Source: an uncultured Verrucomicrobiae bacterium (lineage in GTDB: Bacteria > Verrucomicrobiota > Verrucomicrobiia > Limisphaerales > Palsa-1400). Taken from it: 64,000 bases of DNA. The notes below the pieces were generated by a model. It searched no databases, was not told the origin of the DNA, and saw nothing but the letters and a program-made list of their open reading frames with translations. Shown piece by piece: positions 40,401-49,400 of this stretch; within the stretch, counting starts at the first letter, position 1, and each line of letters begins with the position of its first letter. A program made the translations under genes and the position numbers. The stretch spans positions 416,001-480,000 of the forward strand of contig CAVXRD010000002.1 in NCBI GenBank assembly GCA_963764165.1, read 5' to 3'.

Positions 40401-43400
40401 GAACCCGCTGTCGATTGAACCGTTACCGCCGCCGCACCGCCGCTGTTCGTGAGCATCGTCGGATTGGCGATCCAATTGCGGGAGGCCAAAGTGCCGCCGG
40501 AAACGAACCCACCGTAAACCGCGACATGAGCCGGAATGGAATAACCGGCACTCGCTGTATAAGTCCCCTGCGCCACCCAGATGCTCACGTTGTCGCATGC
40601 GTTTTGCGCGGCAGTCGCAAGGGCCGGCGCCAGGTCATTATAGGCGGTAGCCCATGTGAGGCCGTTGCCGCCAGTCGCCGCCGAGGCGTCCACATACAAA
40701 ACCGACGGTGGGAACGTAATGGTCGCGACGGCAGTGGTGTAGGAAATCCCGGAGTAAACGGCGTGGACCTGGAGAGCGGTGAGATTTGTGCTCAGATTGG
40801 ACAAAGTGAGCGTGGAAATCCCGTTGTTGGAAGCCAGGCCCGCGGAAGAGCCATAAAGCCACGAGCCAGAGGCGAAATTCGTCCAACCGCCGCCAAAACT
40901 GTATTGCCATCCAATCGCGTACGACGGCAAGCCGCTGGCTTGGAATGCGGTGCTCCCACCCGCGCACGCGATCACTGACAACGGCGCCGGCCCGACGGAA
41001 ATCGCGCCCGCCCCGGTGCTTGCGGATTCATAGGCGCCGAGGTCCACCACGGAATGTTGAACGCGCGCGTTGCCAGCCAAATCCGTTTCGCCGCTAAAGA
41101 CGAATCCGTTGCTGCCAGCGTTGATGGCAGGTGAAATTGAGGACAGCGCAAAGCCGCTGCTGAAAAGCGGATCGAAATTCAAAACGTTCGCGCCGCCCAG
41201 AGCTGTGTCGAACTCCACAATATCGTTGGTCGCGCTCACGCTTCCTTGCGCGACGTAAATGTTGCCGCTCTGCGTGTTTGAGGCTGACAGACTGGCGGCG
41301 TTGTTGCCCCAGAGAATGGAATTCAAGATCGTCGCCGAGCCGCCCGACTGCCCGATGCCGCCGCCATAAACCCCGGCAAGGTTGGAAGCCACGGTGCAAT
41401 TGACAAGAGCCACGGTTGCTCCCGCGTTCTGAATTGCGCCGCCTTCAATGCTCGCGTTATTCAAGGCGAACAAAGAATTGTAAACCGTGAGAGCACCGCC
41501 GCCCAAATACAACGCCCCTCCGTTGGCGCCCGAATTATTGGAGAAAGTGCAAGACTGCACGGCGAGTGTCGAATTCGTGGCGTTGATTGCGGCTCCATTG
41601 CCGGCGGAAAGATTGTTGGTGAAGACGCAATTGCTAATCACCAAGCCCGACGAATTATGAACGCTGATGGCGGACAAGCCGGCGCCTGTCAGCGCCAGGT
41701 TCTGCAAGGCAGGAGTCGCGTTGGAAACAAGAATGCCGCTGCCATATTTCCCCTGGACCACGAGCCCGTCGAGAACGGTATCGTTGGTCGCTCCCGAGCC
41801 GAAGACCACAATGTTGGAGACTGCTCCATTCAAGATCACAGGATTGGCCTGCCAATTTCGCGTGCCGCCGCCGGAAGGATACCCTCCGTAAACCGTGACG
41901 TGGGGGGAGACGAGAAAGTTTGACGTCGTGGTGTAAGTGCCTTTCGCCACGAAAATGTCACCACCGCCGCATCCGTTGAGTTCAACTGCAACCAGCGCGG
42001 AACCGAGGTCGCGATAAGCAGTGGCCCAAGAACTTCCATTGCCGCCAGCCGCCGCGTTTTGATCCACATAAATGTTGAGTGGCAGCAACACCGTCAAAAC
42101 CGCCGCCGGTGTCGTGTAAGATTGGTCGACATACACCGCCTGCACTTCCATGCCATTGAGATTGGTGGGTATGCCGCCCAAGCCGAGGGTGGAAGTGCCA
42201 TTGATGCTGGTGACCGTGACATTGGCTCCGTCAAGGAACGTGCCGTTCGTCAAATTGATCCAGCCCTGGCCAAGGTTGTATTGCCACTGGAACTCATAGA
42301 GAGCCAATCCGGTGGCTTGGAACGAGGCAGTGCCCCCCGGGCAGGCGGTGTAGGAAGAAGGCGCCGATCCATGCACTGGGGTGCCCGAACCATTATAGGC
42401 GGATTCGTAAGCGCCGATATCGACGATTCCTTGTTGAACGCGCGGGTTTCCAGCGATGTCCGTCTCGCCTGCCAAACTGTAGGCATTGTTGCCGTCATTG
42501 ATGGCGGGGGAATTTGAAGACAGCGTGAAATTGGTGTTCAACAGCGGATTGACATTCACGTAAGCGCCGCCCGATCCGTTTTGAACGATGTTATTGGCGG
42601 CGGTGGGTGTTCCACCAGAGGCGATTATTTCCCCGGAAGGCGCATAATTGCCCCATAAAATGGAGTTCTCGATGGTCAATTGGGCCGCGTTGGTGTGCCC
42701 GATGGCACCGCCGCCGGGGCCTCCATAGACTGTCGTGTTGCTGGCTATGGTGCAATTAACGATCGTCAGCGGCGAACCAGCCTGGATCGTGGCTGACCCG
42801 TAGTCCACCATGTTGCTGACAAACAGGCAGTCGCGGAATGTGGCGGGGTAGTTGACAAGGGCCGCCGATCCGCCGTCGTAGGCAACGTTGGCGGAAAAGG
42901 AGCAGCCTTCAAAACTCCAGGAGCCGGTGGCGTTGGCGCCGGTCTGGGATACGCTAAGGCCGGCTCCAAATGCCGTTTCCGAGTACTCGCCATTGCCCCT
43001 GAACTGGCAGTTCAGCACGGTCACAGTGCCATCGTGGCCGGCCATGCCGGTATCACAACCTATCAAGGCGCAATTGCTAAGCACAATTCCACTGGCAGGG
43101 AATTCGGCTTCGATTCCAACGGTCGAGCCTACGACCGTGAGATTTTGCAGCGCAGGAGTTGCGTTGGAAGTATAGATTCCATATTGGCCGCCGTAAATGG
43201 AGAAGCCATCCACCACGGTGTTTGTTCCAGTCGTTCCAACGATACTCATCACGTAGTAGGGGCTGCCAGCGCCTATTTCCAATATGGTTTGATTCGTGGT
43301 CCAGTTGCGCTTTGCCATGGTGCTTCCGCCGGGTGGAAAGCCGCCGAAGAGAACTGTGCCGTCAGTAACGTAATACGGGCCACTCTCGGATGTGTAGGTT

Positions 43401-46400
43401 CCCGCCGCGACTTCGATGATGCTCGCGCAACTGCCCGCCATGTTCGCAGTGAGGGCAGCGGACAATTGAGTGAAAGCATTGGACCACGAGGTGCCGCTGC
43501 CATTGCCGGTGGCTGTGGCATCGACGTAGATGATCGGCGTCGGAACGACCGTCAAGGTGGCCGCCGGTGTGGTATAGGTGGTGCCGCCATAGACGCACCG
43601 AACTTGCAGGTTGTTGAGATTGGTGCCGACGTATTCCAGAACCAAAGTTGAAACCCCGCCATTCGTTTGGGTGACGACCGTCGCCCCCATCCAGGAGCCG
43701 TTGGTGAAATTAGTCCAGGTCGTCCCGAAACTATATTGCCACTGGAAGTTATACGAAGCCAAGCCGGTCGCTTGGAAGGTCGCTTCATATCCAAGGCAGG
43801 CAGCCACCGGCTGCGGTGGCGTGCCGTAAGTTGGGCCGCTGCCGGTCCAGGAGGCTGCTTCATAAGCTCCCACATCCACCGTTCCGCCTTGAATGCGCGC
43901 ATTGCCGGCCAGATCCGTTTCACCCGTCACCGTGTAGGCATTGTTCCCGGCGTTGATTGCCGGGGAGTCGGCTGACAACGTGTAATCGCCGTTTAACATC
44001 GGGTTGACATTCATAATGTCATTCTCAAGCAGGGCCTGGGTGTAAGGCTGGGTTAATTGCGATCCGACATTGCCCCAGATGATGCAGTTGGCCAGCGTTG
44101 AAACCGAACGCGTGTAGTTGGCAATGCCTCCTGACAGGTTGCTCACAATCGTGCAATTGACAGCCTCGATGGGCGTATCGTTCATGATGGCTCCCGGCCC
44201 CCCGGAATTCGACGCCATCAAGCAATCCCGGAAAAGCGTTGGAGTTCCAGACACGTAGATGGGAGCCACATCGGGGCTTGAATTTCCAATGAAAGCGCAG
44301 GCGTCAAAAGTTCCTCCCGTGGCAATGTTGACCGGGTCTGAATTATTGATAAACCGGCAATTTGTCGCCGACAGAAAAGCACCAGTGCCCGCCGTCCCAT
44401 ACACACCCGCGATGCAATTGCTGATGGCGGAATTGAGCATGGTGACATTGCCTCCCTCGCATTGAATGGCAGCACCCGCGCCGACGCCGTTGAAGTAGGT
44501 GTTGCTGATGGTAACGGACGAGAACGGAAACATGGTCAGGCTCGACGCCAGGAACGCGCAGTTGCGAATGATGGGTGATCCTCCGTTCTGCTCGATCACC
44601 AGCGACGACGCATTGCCGAAGGTCAAGCCGTCAAGGATGGTATGCTGGCCAAACGTCTCGGCCGTGGTCTGACTCACCGGGGTGCCCGCCGCCGTGGTAA
44701 TTGTAACCGTGTGCGTGGCGGGGTTGCGCGTGGCAGACGTGCCGCCGTTGGTGAACCCGCCGTCGATTTCCACCCCGGGCGGAATGGTCACTCCCGAGAG
44801 CGAATAAGTTCCCGTGGCTACATATATGGCGTCGCAGGAACCGGACGCGCCGATGGCCGTGGCAAGACTGTTGTAGGCGTTCGACCAGGTCGTTCCATTG
44901 TTGGCGCCCTTCGCATTGGCATCGACGTACACGATGGGCTGCGGATTCACGGTGATCGTAATCGAGGGCGAAGTAAAGCTGACCGACCCGGAGGTGATGA
45001 ATCGATAAATATAGCCGCTGAAAGTGGACTGGACGTTTTCAAGGGTCAACGACGAGCCGTTGGCTGTCGTCGTAATGACATCGTTCGCGTCATTGGTCAC
45101 GGTGCCGAATCCCGTCCCCCTGTTCACCTGCCAGGTGACGGACAAGGCGCCCCCGTTTTGATTATAAACGTACATCGGCAGGCCGCCGAAGCGGCAAACC
45201 GAACTGTTGGCCAGCGCATAGTTCAAATACGCGGGCAGGACCGCCCCGCTGCCGAATGCATATGCCCCGATATCCACCACGCCGTTGAAAAGGCGCGCAT
45301 GGCCCAGCAAATCCACCGTCGCCGCGGAAATGCCGTTGGTCTGGCCGGCGCCCACCGCGGGCGAGACCGACGTCAATTGATAATTTCCAACCGCCGGATT
45401 GACGAACACCGGGTCGTAGGAAAGCAGCCCCGGTCCCGAATTCGCATAGTAGAACAGCCCCTGGATGATGCTGTTGGCGAGGGCGGCTGAGCCGGCGAGA
45501 TTCATCTGCGCCTGCTCCACCGTTCGGTCGCTCAACGTTGTCGTGTTTCCCCACAGGATCGTATTAACGATGCTGGCCGAGCCGCTGCCGATCCAGAGGC
45601 CGCCGGTCAGGCCGCTGGCGCTATTGTTGACAACAGTGTCATTAAGAAGATTCACCGCCGACGCGCTGCCATAAATGGCGGACGACGCAGCCGTGCCTAC
45701 GTTTCCGACGACCACGGAATCATTGAGCGAGAGCACGCTGCCGCCATACGCGGACAGAGCACTGAAGCCGCTGTTGTTGGAAATAATGCAGTCCTGCACA
45801 ATCAAAGCGGACTGGCTGGCGACAATCGGCTGGCTGTTCGGCACGGTGTTGCTCGAAATCACGCAGTTGGTCAGGCCCGCCGCCGAATTGGTGAGTGTCA
45901 AGCCGGCCACTCCCCGGCCATTGAGAAACTGGCAGTTGAACAACTGAAGATTCGTCGACGCCTGCACCGCCATCGACGAATTGGTATTGTTGGTGAAGGT
46001 GCAGTTATAGAAGTAGGCTCCGGTGGAATTGCTAATCGATACGGCGAAGTTGTTGCTCACGAACGTGCAGTTTTGAATGATCGGCGCCGCGTTGGAAACA
46101 ATCAGGGCGGGAATGGAAGTGGAAACACCGTTGGCGGTGAGCTGGAATCCATCGAGGACGCCGCTCCCGACAAATGGTTGATTCAGCAAGTTGGTGGCCG
46201 TGACCATGATGCCCTTGGTCGCCGCCGAATTGGTGGTGCTGGGCGCGAGAATGGAGATGTTGGTCAGGAAATTACGCTGGCTCAAGTTGGTTTCCGTCCC
46301 ATTGAATCCCCCGTAAATAGCCACTCCGTCTATCAATTCGACGCCGCTGCCGCATTGGTAAGTTCCTTTCGCGACCCATACTGCGGTGCAAGTGTTGGTT

Positions 46401-49400
46401 ATGCTGGCCAATGCGCTCGGAAGGTTTTTGAAGGCCGTCGCCCAGGTTTTCCCTGTGCCGCCAGCCGCCGCGGCGTTGACATAAACGACGCTGGGCGCAG
46501 TGAAGGTCACAGGCTGTGGATCGAGGGCCACGGCGCCGTTCACCACGGCCTGGAACTCGTAACCGAGAAAGGCATCAGGATTCAGGATGGTCAGCGTGTT
46601 CGTGGGGCCCGATTGTGTGATTTGGATATACCCACTATTTGTCAGCGGGATGGAGACGCTGTTGCTGACGGCATACCATTGATAGGTGTAATTGGACCCC
46701 GTCGCCGCCACGACGGACATGGCCGCAGCCGGATCCGCCACCCCGCAGGTTGAGGCGGTGGTCGATGAGTTGACAAGATTGATCACTCCGGTGCCCGCCC
46801 CTTGGAATTCATAGCAACCAATGTCCGGCAAACCGCCGTTGTATTGACGCGCGTTGTCAAGCAAGTCCAGCTCAGGGCTCGCCTCGTGCGGCGCGCTCGC
46901 GGAACCGGCGTTGATGGCCGGCGACGACGACGTCAATTGATAATTGCCGCCTGCATCGTTGGCGAACAGCGGGGCATAGGAAATGTTGTTGTTCCCGACA
47001 TATTTGGAAAGCCCTTGAATGATTGAATTGGAAACGACGGCGCCGAATTGATCAATTTGCATGGACTCCGTTGTGACCCCGGTCGTGACACTCACGGAAT
47101 TTCCCCAAAAGATCGAGTTCCAAATTGTGATATTGGTGCCAAGGGTGGCGTCCAACCCGCCGGTGGCCTGGTAAGACATGTTGTTGGCGACGGTGCTGTT
47201 GACAATGACAAGATTTGTTCCGTCAAATTGGATGGTTCCTTTTCCGGTCTGGGTGGTGTTGCTGGCGAACAGACAATTGTCAATGACGGCGGTATTCGTC
47301 TCAATGGCAAGCGCAGACGGGCCATTGGTCGTTCTGTTGCCGGTGAAACTGCATCGCACCCACGATGACGGCGCGCCAGTCGAGAGCCGGACCGCGCCGC
47401 AGAGCGTTCCAATATTATTTTCAAAGGCGCAGTCGACGGCGGTAATGCGGGCTCCGTTGGTGCCCGTTATGGCCCCGGCGTTGGTTTTCTCGGTATTGCC
47501 GTAGAAGAGACAGCTTTGCAACGTCACCGCGCCCGCGGTCACCAACGCGGATTTCGGATAGTTAAGAAACTGGCAGTTGCTGAAGGTCACACCCGCGCCG
47601 CCGGCAATGGACGCGCCGTAAGTGTTGCCGGCAACGCTGGACAACACACAATTCTGGACCGTCGGCGACCCGGCGGCAATCAGCACGGCGGGGCCGGCAA
47701 TGGTTTGTTGCAAATAGAATCCATCCACCAACGTGCCGTTCGTTCCGGCGGCGCTTGTGAATTGGAGGGTCGAGCCGTAGCCGGGTTGCAAAATGGTCGG
47801 ATGGGCCTGCCAATTCCGTTGCGACAGGTTGGTTTCAGTTCCGCTAAAGCCGCCGTAGATAAGTTCATTCGGCGACGGTATGAAGGCCCCGTTATTGTAC
47901 GTTCCAGTCGCCACCCAAATCTGTCCGCATCCACCCAAGGACGCAATGGCCACGTTCAAGTCCGTGAACGCATTCGCCCAACTGGTGCCGTCATTGTTTC
48001 CGATGGCTGCGGCGTTCACGTAAACCAGCGCGTTGTATTGGGAGATTGAAGCCGGGGCGGTGACGTACTCCGGCGAAGTGGCGCTGCCAGACTGCCCGCC
48101 GAGATTCCACAGCCGAAATTGGTAGCCGCTCATCGAGAGGGGCGGATCCACGATCACCAACTCAGACCCGGATATCGCAACGTCCTGGTCCGGGAACAAT
48201 TTGGAAACTCCCGTCGGCGAATCGGACGCCGAAGTGTAGGAAGTGGTGCCGTAAGTAACTTTCCCGGTTACGGCTTTGATGATCAAATCCGTGAACCCAT
48301 TGCCATCGAGCGCGTCGACCTGCCAGCGCGCGGATGAATAATTCGGCACGCTCGGCGAGGCGGTGAAAATCGTGGTGGGCATGCCGCCGGTCCCGCATTC
48401 CGTCGTTGTGGCAATGGAGGCATTAAATATGACGGAGGGAGCCGTACCCTGGTACTCATACGCGCCAATGTCAATCACGCCACCAACGATGCGGGGATTT
48501 CCGGCTGCGTCAGTCGAGGTGAACAAGCTGGAGGAATAATTGCTGGCGCCAGCGTTGATCGCCAGCGAGTTGCCGACACCGGAATTTTCGGCGAACGAGT
48601 CGATTTGCAGGGCTTGAATCGGCAGCAACCCGTTGACAAGCGAATACTTGGCGAACTGGATCTGCAATTGCGGGCTGACGTCCAGCGAATTGACGCTCGG
48701 CAGCAAAGTCAGGCCTTGCAAGATGCAGTTCTGAATTTGCGACGCTTGGTTGACTTGTTGGTATTCCAGCGTTCCCGCCGTCACCGATGTGTTGGAATAA
48801 ACAATCGAATTCAGCAACTGGCACGTACCGTTGCCCACGTAGCAAATACCGCCGCCCAGGTTGAGTCCTCGGTTGCCATAGATTGTGCAATTCTGAACGG
48901 ACAGGGAAGCCTGCTGGCTGCCAATTCCTCCCCCAAATCCTCCGCCCGGCGTTATGCTGGTGTTCTGGTAAAATTCCGATCCCCAAATTTGAGATGAATT
49001 ATTGCTGCCCGCGAGATAGCAGCCACCTGTGAGCGTCCCTAGGTTGAAGTCAAAACGACAGTTCTGAACAATGGTAGAACTCCCCGAACTGTACAACGCG
49101 CTGATGCTGGAATTGTTGCTCGTAAAGTTGCAGCCGGAAACGGTGACGGTGGAACCCGAGGTATGCAACGCTCCCTGCGGCGCGTAATTGGCCATGAAGA
49201 AGCAGTTTTCGACCACCGCCGGCCCTGCCGCCGACACGGGGCCTCCCGAGGTATAACTTGCGTTGGAGAACGTCAGCCCTTCAACAACCGAATTGCCGCC
49301 CAGCACCGTCAGCGCATTGGTTTGGTTGTAAGGCTTGATGATGGTCGGATGCTGCGAGGGGTTGCTCTGCGAGGTGGATGTCTCGTTGCCCGCGAATCCG